Shown: positions 9,404 through 17,876 of the stretch, one piece after another
Layout: the number at the start of each line of letters is the position of its first letter
Position numbering within the stretch: position 1 is the first letter of the stretch
From: Bacteroidota bacterium
Lineage (GTDB): Bacteria > Bacteroidota > Bacteroidia > JABEUT01
Direction of reading: 5' to 3'
NCBI GenBank assembly: GCA_013289395.1
Contig: JABCZY010000004.1
Location: forward strand, 1-44,142
Length of the DNA: 44,142 nt
Position numbers and translations under genes: made by a program
The notes under the pieces: model-generated
Database searches by the model: none
What the model saw: the letters and a program-made list of their open reading frames with translations, nothing else
Told to the model about the DNA's origin: nothing

Positions 9404-10042
9404 ATGAACACACAAAAGATAGCGTTGTTCACAACCACAGGAGAAGTGGGAACACGCCTGGCTGAAGAAGCCCTGAAAAGAGGTCACTCTGTTACTGCAA
9501 TTGTAAGTAACGAAAATGAGTTCAAATTAAAACACCCTAACCTGAAAGTAGTAAGGGGTGATGGAAGAAGGAAAGAAGATGTGAGCAAACATTCGCGCGG
9601 GCATGATGTTGCTGTTTTCACCTATGAGCCTACCTTAAAGAATCCGCGTGAACACGTTGACATTACCCGCAACATGATTGAAGGTGCAAAGGAAGCAGGC
9701 GTGCAGCACATTGTTTCGGCAGCGCATCCGCTTTCACAACGTATGGAAAGCACGGAAGAGTTCTACAATTCCTTTAAACCTGTACTGCAGGCACAACAGG
9801 AAGCGTTGAAGCTTTTGCAAAAAGAAAAAGGTCTTTCCTGGGGCTACCTGCACACCATTGAACCTGAAGCAGGGCAAAAACCTCGTGAGTACCGCATAAG
9901 CAATGAGGTTTACCTTTCGCAGCCACAAGGTCAGGAAAGGGTACAGTTAAAAAACTATACTAATGCCATACTAGATGAAGCTGAGAAGAGCCAGCTTGAA
10001 ACACACGAATCTCACTACACAGACGATGACAGGTTGAATTAA
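9404..10042 (+). CDS. NAD(P)H-binding oxidoreductase (flavin reductase / YwnB-like)
   Basis: KIALFTTTGEVG..LAEEALKRGHSVTAIV and GHDVAV. ATG at 9404 preferred over the TTG at 9356. Confidence 0.75.
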   Translation: MNTQKIALFTTTGEVGTRLAEEALKRGHSVTAIVSNENEFKLKHPNLKVVRGDGRRKEDVSKHSRGHDVAVFTYEPTLKNPREHVDITRNMIEGAKEAGVQHIVSAAHPLSQRMESTEEFYNSFKPVLQAQQEALKLLQKEKGLSWGYLHTIEPEAGQKPREYRISNEVYLSQPQGQERVQLKNYTNAILDEAEKSQLETHESHYTDDDRLN

Positions 10043-10063
10043 AGCAATCTGCTTCTCTTCTAT

Positions 10064-10102
10064 GAAAACCCCTTTCCCTTGCGGAAAGGGGTTTTCTGTT
10101 TT
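10064..10102 (+). terminator. Rho-independent terminator
   Basis: Perfect 14-bp stem gaaaacccctttcc / ggaaaggggttttc, 5-nt loop, followed by tgtttt. Confidence 0.85.
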
Positions 10103-10212
10103 ACACCACCAAGAAATATTGAATATCCCTAACGACTAAAGATTTTATTTATTCCTCAAATTATTGTATCTTTTTGAAGTTTTTGCATTATAAGTATATC
10201 ACCAGAAAAGTC

Positions 10213-11577
10213 ATGAAGAAACTGTTGCTATTTAAGTTATACTTTTTAACCCTGTTAGTCGGCGCCCAGCCAAAACCGAATAAATTCATTAAAGCATTCA
10301 GCCATCCGGTCTGGAAAATCGGCGGTTACGATGAAACAGGTGAATTCTATCCATTGCATGTCTCTGGAACAGTTGCTGTTGAAGAATCACAGAAAAAACT
10401 ACTTTCAGATACCTACCAACACCTTAGAGCATTTAACATTAAAACAGGGAAAACCTTATGGAAAATAAGTTGGGAAAATGACAACTGGTTTTACAATTCT
10501 TCTGCTATTGTATGGAACAATAAAATCTACTATACTGCTCATGGTATTTTATATTGCAGAGACATTAAAACCGGTGCGGCCTTATGGATGTGCCAAACAA
10601 ACAGCTATTTATGTACAAAGCAGACATATATAGCCGACTCTCTGCTATATACGTTTCCCTATGATAAATATAGTTCAAGCTACGAAGGAAAGAAAATGTT
10701 TGTGCTTAGTGCTTCAACCGGCAAAATCTTATGGGACTCAATAAACCCAATGAATATACCCAGCTTCGATGGTATACTGTATTCTTATAATAACAAAATT
10801 ATCGTCAAACCCGATAGTTTTTATATATGCTACAATGCGACTACTAAAAAAGAAATATGGAGATTAACAGCCTCAAATAAGAACTTCAATTATTATAATA
10901 TTGACTGGCAATGTACCAGGAGAGATACCATTTATTTCAGGAAGCACTTCAATATTTACCAAAATGGGTTTTACTTTATTAACATTGATACACTTATTTC
11001 TATTGACATGAACAGTGGGAAAATATTATTAAAATTTCAATCAATTGGATCAGTAAGGGCGGATAAAGAACATGCTGTTTTTTCTTTAGATGAGTTTTAC
11101 AATTTTACCGACTCAACACGAATATTCTCTCTAAACAAGATAGATTATATCAGTGGAAAAACAATTTGGAAAACAGAAATAGCAAAAGCGCCTTTAACAC
11201 CGAAAAACCTTGCCCATATGCATTTCTATCCGAATATCTGCTACAATGCTGATTCTTCCACTATTTACCTTTCAGTTGACAGCACCCTGTTTTGCTACTC
11301 GCAAGGCTCAGGCAAGCTACTGTCATCATTCAATTTACACATGTTTGTTATAGAACTGTTTTTAACCAAAGACTTCATCGTTTTGAATAGCGAATTTCCT
11401 TATCCTGCTGATATTGCAGAAGGTAATATGCTAGTGCTTGCTAAAAATGACTTCAAAAAATCTGCTCGGCTCCATTCTAAAAACTACTTTATTTTAGACC
11501 GTGCTTATCAGTATCCGGATATTCTATGTTTTCATGAGGAGCCTTTTGGTGGCTTACGCCTAATTAATATTAAGTAA
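10213..11577 (+). CDS. Secreted PQQ-like (BamB-type) beta-propeller repeat protein
   Basis: Signal peptide MKKLLLF...; repeated TGKxLW blade motifs (KTGKTLWK, KTGAALW, STGKILW, SGKTIWK). Confidence 0.7.
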   Translation: MKKLLLFKLYFLTLLVGAQPKPNKFIKAFSHPVWKIGGYDETGEFYPLHVSGTVAVEESQKKLLSDTYQHLRAFNIKTGKTLWKISWENDNWFYNSSAIVWNNKIYYTAHGILYCRDIKTGAALWMCQTNSYLCTKQTYIADSLLYTFPYDKYSSSYEGKKMFVLSASTGKILWDSINPMNIPSFDGILYSYNNKIIVKPDSFYICYNATTKKEIWRLTASNKNFNYYNIDWQCTRRDTIYFRKHFNIYQNGFYFINIDTLISIDMNSGKILLKFQSIGSVRADKEHAVFSLDEFYNFTDSTRIFSLNKIDYISGKTIWKTEIAKAPLTPKNLAHMHFYPNICYNADSSTIYLSVDSTLFCYSQGSGKLLSSFNLHMFVIELFLTKDFIVLNSEFPYPADIAEGNMLVLAKNDFKKSARLHSKNYFILDRAYQYPDILCFHEEPFGGLRLINIK

Positions 11578-11584
11578 AATAGTT

Positions 11585-12550
11585 TTACACCACTACATTA
11601 TATCCTTTCAGCTTGTTTTGCGCTAACTGGTAACCAATTTCATAATCGGCTTGAATTTGCGCCGCTGTAAACGTGCTTATGTCAATGGTCAGATCTTTAT
11701 CAGGTTGAATAAGTAGATGGTTTATTATTTTGTATGATTTCAAGGTATCGAGGTTCAGGTTTTTGCTGCGTGCTTCTGTTACCACATTATTTAAAAATGA
11801 AATCCATTGCGAGTCATTCTGCACATTCTGGTTCACAATAATATCTTCAATACGTCCGGCAAGTTGCATTAAATTCCCTTGGCTGAAATTTGTATTCTCC
11901 TGCACCGAATCAAGTTGTTCGGCCTGGCAAATAATGCCTATAATGTTATCTGCACCCTGGTTAATAGCATAACCCAGTGGAGCTACATCACGTGTTCCTC
12001 CATCAAACAACACCTCTCCCTTTTTCGAAATACTTGGTGGCATGGCAATTGGTATAGCTATACTTCCTTTTAGGTACGATATAAAATCAACATCACCAGG
12101 GCTGGCATATATCATGTTGCCGCTTAAAAAATCTACTGTGCCTACCACAAGCTTTGCAGGCGATTGTTTAGCAACTGTTACATCAACAATATTATCTATC
12201 ATTTTATTTATGGGTGTAGTGTCCGACAACCCGTTGAATTTTTTCCATAACAATTCCCACACATCCGATACCGCTGAACGTTGTATAGCAATATCGGCTG
12301 GTTTTTCAATATTGGTAAACCAAAAGTGCTGCAGATCATTGGCAATGGTTACCCAATCATCAGCGGTTAATTGTTTTTTACCCGATGCCACTAATTTGCC
12401 AGCTTCATTGGCCATAAACGCGCCGTTCAAACTACCTACAGATATGCCGTAAATAATATCGGGTATAAATCCTGATTCTAATACTGCTTTTATGGCTCCG
12501 GCCTGGTAACAGCCTTTTACTGCTCCGCCACTAAGTACTAATGCTTTCAT
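11585..12550 (-). CDS. Patatin-like phospholipase
   Basis: LSGGAVKG oxyanion loop, GISVG nucleophile elbow and DGG catalytic Asp. Confidence 0.9.
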   Translation of the reverse strand: MKALVLSGGAVKGCYQAGAIKAVLESGFIPDIIYGISVGSLNGAFMANEAGKLVASGKKQLTADDWVTIANDLQHFWFTNIEKPADIAIQRSAVSDVWELLWKKFNGLSDTTPINKMIDNIVDVTVAKQSPAKLVVGTVDFLSGNMIYASPGDVDFISYLKGSIAIPIAMPPSISKKGEVLFDGGTRDVAPLGYAINQGADNIIGIICQAEQLDSVQENTNFSQGNLMQLAGRIEDIIVNQNVQNDSQWISFLNNVVTEARSKNLNLDTLKSYKIINHLLIQPDKDLTIDISTFTAAQIQADYEIGYQLAQNKLKGYNVVV

Positions 12551-12852
12551 TATTTTTTGTTTTATATTTTGTTACGTTCTTTAGGCCTTCACCTAAGGCA
12601 AAATTCGTGCAGACCAAATTAGTATGGTAAGTATAACAATGATTTTTATTCACAACCCAAATTATGTTAATTTTACGTGTATGTACGTAGGCATTTGTAT
12701 GCGAATACCAATGCTTCTGTGGCGTTTGCAATGTACCCTCACCGCCTTGCTGGTGAGTATTTTGGCGGCTTTTCTGAAGGATTCATAGACACGAAGATGT
12801 ACACTTGTGAATAAAGGATAATTAAAATAGTTCCGCCTCGTGTTTTTCAGGG

Positions 12853-15138
12853 CTAAATGCGCACTCCTATCACCAAAATATCATCTACCTGCTCTACTCC
12901 TGCTTTCCACTTCTCAATATGATCATCTAAATATTGTTCTTGTTGAGGCATTGTTTTGTCTTGGATTGCAATAAGCAACTGCTTGAAATTCTTTGTAGTG
13001 AGCTTTTTCTGGTTAGGCCCTCCAAATGTATCTGCATATCCGTCAGAAAATATATAGAATGTATCTCCCTGCTCTAATTCTATCTCATGCGAATCAAAAT
13101 GTTGATCATCTTCTGTAAATCCGCCAATTGCTTTTTTTGTTGCCTTAATCTCTTCTATCTCGCTTTTACCTTTACGAATCAACCAGAAAGGCCTGTTAGC
13201 TCCTGCATACCTTACAATATGGCTTTTCATATCAATTGAACATATTGCAATGTCCATTCCATCACGAGTTGATTCTTTGTCCTCAGATTGATGCAGGGAA
13301 TTCTTGAGTTCCTTATTAAGGTAATTCAATATATGAGAAGTATCAGTACTTTGCTCCACAGCAAGGCTCAATTTCTCTGAGCCTATTATACTCATAAATG
13401 CCCCTGGAACTCCATGTCCCGTACAGTCCGCCGCTGCAATTAAAACTGAGTTTCCCTTAGTATGAAAAAAATAAAAATCTCCACTTACTATATCCTTTGG
13501 TTTAAAAAGAATGAAACTTTGTGGCAACGCGGACATAATTTCATTTCTCTTGGGAAGCCGGGCATGTTGAATTCTTTTTGCATACGTAATACTGCTCGTA
13601 ATATCCTTGTTCTTTTCTTCAATTATCTTATTCTTATCTTCCAGCAGAAAATTAGCCTTTCTCTTTTGCACATAAGCCCTTGAAATAAATGTAGCAAACA
13701 ACAACACAAGCATTAAGCCGGCAATACTAAAATAAGTTATTGTTTTCTGTCTCTGTTTTTCTTCTTTCACAATTACTTCTTTTTTTTCCTGTTCCGCCTT
13801 TTCTATGGCCTTCTTTTTTTCATACTCGTTCCGCAGATTTTCCTGCGCAAGCGCTTTATGAATTCCATCTTTGTTTAACTTTTCACTATATATAAAATAT
13901 TGCTGATAATGGGCGTAGGCACTTTTATAATCGCCCAATATCGAATCAAGTTGTGCGCAACATTTTTCATCAAGCATGATACTTGTCAGTTCCCCGCTTT
14001 TAATAGCAAGCGAAAGTGATTGTTGCATGTATTCCTTTGCCGTTTTATATTGCTTCTGATCCCAGTATATCAACCCTAATTGACTAAGACCTCTCGAAGT
14101 TTCAATGTCATAATCCCCATTTTTGATTGAATTCAATGCATCGTTACAATATCTGATAGCCTCACTATAATTCGCCTCATTTTCATATACCTGGCATATA
14201 GCACGAAGAACTCTGCTTGTCATATAATTATTATGCCCTTTTACAATGGGCAAATACTTTTGAAAATACTCAAGCGCTTTAGCAAAATTCTTTTGTCGAA
14301 AATATAACTGCCCTATATAAAAATACGCGATTCCTACGCCTTTTTCATTATTCTTTTTCTCAAATAGTATTATTGCTTTTTTAAAATAATCCAGTGCGTT
14401 AGCAGTATCATGAATTCTGGAATATAATATACCTATATTAATCAGGTTATTGCCAATCAAACTTGTATCCTTCAATTCATTGACCACAGATAAACTCATT
14501 TGCATTTTCTCTAAAGCCTGAGTAGTATCCCCATAATCCATGTAAATGCTTGCAACTTGAGACAACAACAGCTGCATGCCTTTTTTATAATTCATTTTAT
14601 TTAATAACTCTATATTCTGCTGGTAATATTCCAGTTGTTTCATAACATTGCCCTGCCTTGCATAGTCAAACCCAATATCATATATAGTTTTAGCAAAGCC
14701 TTTATTATCATTAATTTCCTTGTATATCAAAAGCATTTTTTCATGATACATTAATGCTTTGGGAGTACCTCCTCCTTCATACTTCTGGTAATACTCTATA
14801 ATGCAGGAAAAAGCATTAGCCTTTTGCTCCAGAATAGATTTACGGGCACTTTTATAATTATCCACAGAAAGTAAACTATCTGCCAGTTTTACTAAAGGTT
14901 CAGCATACTTCAGGTTATCCTTAACATCGCATGCATCGCAAAGAGCGGAATATAAACGCAATTGGCTCGTATCGGCCTTTTCGGTTTTGATTAATGCAAG
15001 AAGTGAGTCTATCTTATGAGCGCTCTGCCCCATAATACCGGAAGCATATAACAAGCCAAATACCAGTAAACCGGCAAATCGCGAAATAGAAGGCCGGAAT
15101 ACTTGGTTATGAAACTGCACGCTCATTAATTTCTGCAC
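12853..15138 (-). CDS. TPR sensor - TM - SpoIIE/RsbU-type PP2C phosphatase
   Basis: N-terminal signal, TPRs, TM (YFSIAGLMLVLLF), then SGDFY, ADCTGHGVPGAFMS, DGMDI, SDGYAD and DDILVIG. Confidence 0.88.
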   Translation of the reverse strand: MQKLMSVQFHNQVFRPSISRFAGLLVFGLLYASGIMGQSAHKIDSLLALIKTEKADTSQLRLYSALCDACDVKDNLKYAEPLVKLADSLLSVDNYKSARKSILEQKANAFSCIIEYYQKYEGGGTPKALMYHEKMLLIYKEINDNKGFAKTIYDIGFDYARQGNVMKQLEYYQQNIELLNKMNYKKGMQLLLSQVASIYMDYGDTTQALEKMQMSLSVVNELKDTSLIGNNLINIGILYSRIHDTANALDYFKKAIILFEKKNNEKGVGIAYFYIGQLYFRQKNFAKALEYFQKYLPIVKGHNNYMTSRVLRAICQVYENEANYSEAIRYCNDALNSIKNGDYDIETSRGLSQLGLIYWDQKQYKTAKEYMQQSLSLAIKSGELTSIMLDEKCCAQLDSILGDYKSAYAHYQQYFIYSEKLNKDGIHKALAQENLRNEYEKKKAIEKAEQEKKEVIVKEEKQRQKTITYFSIAGLMLVLLFATFISRAYVQKRKANFLLEDKNKIIEEKNKDITSSITYAKRIQHARLPKRNEIMSALPQSFILFKPKDIVSGDFYFFHTKGNSVLIAAADCTGHGVPGAFMSIIGSEKLSLAVEQSTDTSHILNYLNKELKNSLHQSEDKESTRDGMDIAICSIDMKSHIVRYAGANRPFWLIRKGKSEIEEIKATKKAIGGFTEDDQHFDSHEIELEQGDTFYIFSDGYADTFGGPNQKKLTTKNFKQLLIAIQDKTMPQQEQYLDDHIEKWKAGVEQVDDILVIGVRI

Positions 15139-15387
15139 TCTGCTTTTTTTATTTCAAATTATTAGATTGAGTGATAGAATACAGTAAAAATACCATTAAA
15201 ATCTAATTGAAATACCATGTGGAGGAAGAGAAATCGATTAGAATACGCTATTGTGGTTTCCCTGAGGCTAAGAGCAAAATTCAAAACCCTACATCACTAA
15301 ATTCAATGATGGTGTTTTGCCGATGTAATTGCCAATGCAATTTTGTTACGAAACGGCAGAGAGAAAAGCCCTTAACAATTGTAAAAG

Positions 15388-15431
15388 CGAAAAAGGTGCT
15401 ATTTCGCGCCTTTTTCGAGGTGCCTAGCGGA
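15388..15431 (-). repeat. Diverged copy of tRNA-Cys 3' end plus its terminator (att-like relic)
   Basis: gaggtgcctagcgga (15417-15431) matches gaggtcccgagcgga (20509-20523) at 13/15. Both are preceded at the same offset by a related hairpin aaaagg(t/c)gc...gcg(c/t)ctttt. Confidence 0.6.
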
Positions 15432-15554
15432 ATATACGTTGCGTGTCATAAGCTATTGATTATTTGAGGTATACTATTGCTGGCTCTTTCATAAACCACG
15501 CAATAATGAGTGAAAACCATAAAAAAATTACTTTTATAATCTTAATTGTAACGA

Positions 15555-17807
15555 ATGTCTTGGCTTAATAGGTTTTTATTTTCATTTTTTGTTACAGGGG
15601 TTGGTGTGGTTTCCCCCTACTTCGCTTCTGCACAAAACTCTCAGATAGATTCGTTAACGATGGCCTTAAAAAAGTCAGTTAGCGATACAAACCGTGCATT
15701 TTATTTAAATAAACTCAGTTTTCAATATGAAAACATAGGAAACTATATTATGGCCGATTCTATGTCGCACCAAGCCCTAAACTTGGCAACTAAAGAAGGG
15801 TATAAACGTGGCATTGCTTTAGCGTACACTCAAATGGCAAGCGTATATGAAGATCAGGGGAATTATCAAAAAGCGCTGGAAAATTTCTCGAAGGCACTAG
15901 CGATTCGTAAACAATTAAAGGATAAAAGTGGTACTGCGAACTCCCTTAAAAGAATAGGTTTTGTATATAATGAGGAAAGTGAATACTCACTTGCCCTAGG
16001 TTACTTGCAAGAAGCCTCAATGATATACCAGGAGATAAAAGATAAGCATGGTATAGCCATGGTGCAAATTGATATTGGTAAGGTATATACCAACCAGGGC
16101 AATTACGCCAAGGCGCTTGAAGAGCATTTAAATGCTTTAAACGTATTGGAGGAGACAAATGATACCAGCAACATGATATTAACCTACCAGAACATTGGGA
16201 ATGTTTACAGCGGGCAAAAAGCTTATGATAAAGCTCTTGATGAGTATAGAAATGCACTTTTATTAAGCGAAAAGAAGCAAGACACCACAAATATAGCCGA
16301 TGCAGAGAGTAATATTGGCCTTACATACAGTAATAAGGGAGAATACCCGAAAGCCTTGGCAGAAAATTTTAAAGCGCTGGATATACGTACAAAACATAAT
16401 GACAAAAATGGCATTGCAACTTCTCTTATAAATATAGGTGGCATATATTATGCGCAGCAAGATTTCCCGAAAGCTTTAGATTATATTGGTAGGTCGTTGG
16501 ATATTTTTGAGAAGATAGGAAATAAGGACGGCGTTGCAGCTTGCCTTGGTGGTATTGGTCAGGTTTACCAGATGCAAAAAAATTATCCGAAAGCGCTGGA
16601 ATTTGAAAACAAAAGCCTGGACCTTGCTAAAAGTATTGGCTCACTTGATGATATTGCAAGTTCATACCTGACTTTGAGCAGTACTCTGGAGTTGACAGGA
16701 AATACAGGCAAGGCCCTTGAATACTACAAGGATTTTATAAAATATCAAGACAGCATATCGAATAAAGAGAATACAAAAAAAACTGTGCAGGCCGAAATGA
16801 ATTATAATTTCGAAAAGAAACAGGCCGCCGAAAAAGCCGACCAGGACAAGAAGGACGCGATACAGGCAGAAGCGGTAAAAAAACAGAAAATAGTTATTTA
16901 CTCTGTATCAGGTATACTGTTACTGGTTATTGGTTTTGCCATTTTTGCTTATCGCAGCAATTTACAAAAACAAAAAGCCAATCGAGAACTGGATATTAAG
17001 AACAAAAAGATAGAGGCCGCCTATACTATTATTGAAACAAAAAACCATGAAATAACCGATAGTATAAATTACGCCCAGCGAATACAGCAGGCCATACTTC
17101 CGAAAAAGAAAGAAATACTTGAGAGCATACCCGAAAGCTTTGTGCTTTTTAAGCCCAAAGACATTGTAAGCGGAGATTTTTATTTTTTTGCCAACAGGAA
17201 CAATACTAAATTTATTGCAGCGGTAGATTGTACAGGGCATGGCGTTCCGGGTGCATTCATGAGTATGATCGGATGGGAAAAATTGAATGATGCAGTAGAA
17301 GAGACTCCACATACCGGTGAGGTACTAAAGTTATTGAACAGGCGAATAAAAACAGCACTGCACCAATCCAATGACAGAGACAGTACACGGGACGGAATGG
17401 ATATTGCCATCTGCTCTATGCAATATAACCCCGGTGGATTGGATCTTTCTTTTTCCGGAGCTAACCGCCCTATATGGATAGTAAGAAAGGGTACAAAGCA
17501 AGTGGAAGAAATAAAGGCCACCAAAAGATCGATAGGAGGTTTTTCAGAAGAAGATCAGGATTTTGAGGAGCATCAACTGGCCTTGAAGCACGGAGATTCT
17601 TTTTATATCTTCTCTGACGGATACGCCGACCAGTTTGGTGGGGAAAAACAAAAAAAACTTACCACCAAAAAATTCAGAGAGCTCATACTTGATATATGTG
17701 AGCTTCCCATGAACGAACAGGAAAGACACCTGGATGATTTCATTGAAAAATGGAAAGTAAACAGCGAACAGATAGATGATATTCTGGTAATAGGTATAAG
17801 GGTATAA
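15555..17807 (+). CDS. TPR sensor - TM - SpoIIE/RsbU-type PP2C phosphatase (paralog)
   Basis: Signal peptide, regular TPRs (G.VY..QGNY.KAL), TM, VDCTGHGVPGAFMS, DGMDI, SDGYADQFGG and DDILVIG. Confidence 0.9.
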   Translation: MSWLNRFLFSFFVTGVGVVSPYFASAQNSQIDSLTMALKKSVSDTNRAFYLNKLSFQYENIGNYIMADSMSHQALNLATKEGYKRGIALAYTQMASVYEDQGNYQKALENFSKALAIRKQLKDKSGTANSLKRIGFVYNEESEYSLALGYLQEASMIYQEIKDKHGIAMVQIDIGKVYTNQGNYAKALEEHLNALNVLEETNDTSNMILTYQNIGNVYSGQKAYDKALDEYRNALLLSEKKQDTTNIADAESNIGLTYSNKGEYPKALAENFKALDIRTKHNDKNGIATSLINIGGIYYAQQDFPKALDYIGRSLDIFEKIGNKDGVAACLGGIGQVYQMQKNYPKALEFENKSLDLAKSIGSLDDIASSYLTLSSTLELTGNTGKALEYYKDFIKYQDSISNKENTKKTVQAEMNYNFEKKQAAEKADQDKKDAIQAEAVKKQKIVIYSVSGILLLVIGFAIFAYRSNLQKQKANRELDIKNKKIEAAYTIIETKNHEITDSINYAQRIQQAILPKKKEILESIPESFVLFKPKDIVSGDFYFFANRNNTKFIAAVDCTGHGVPGAFMSMIGWEKLNDAVEETPHTGEVLKLLNRRIKTALHQSNDRDSTRDGMDIAICSMQYNPGGLDLSFSGANRPIWIVRKGTKQVEEIKATKRSIGGFSEEDQDFEEHQLALKHGDSFYIFSDGYADQFGGEKQKKLTTKKFRELILDICELPMNEQERHLDDFIEKWKVNSEQIDDILVIGIRV

Positions 17808-17876
17808 GCCTGTATACAGAATTTTCTTATTTTTATTTCATATTATTTAACCCTAATAATATTAATTAATATCTAC

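Noticed and set aside
11585-12550. Patatin as a CBASS/CapV-type defence effector
   Set aside because: No nucleotidyltransferase or other defence gene nearby.
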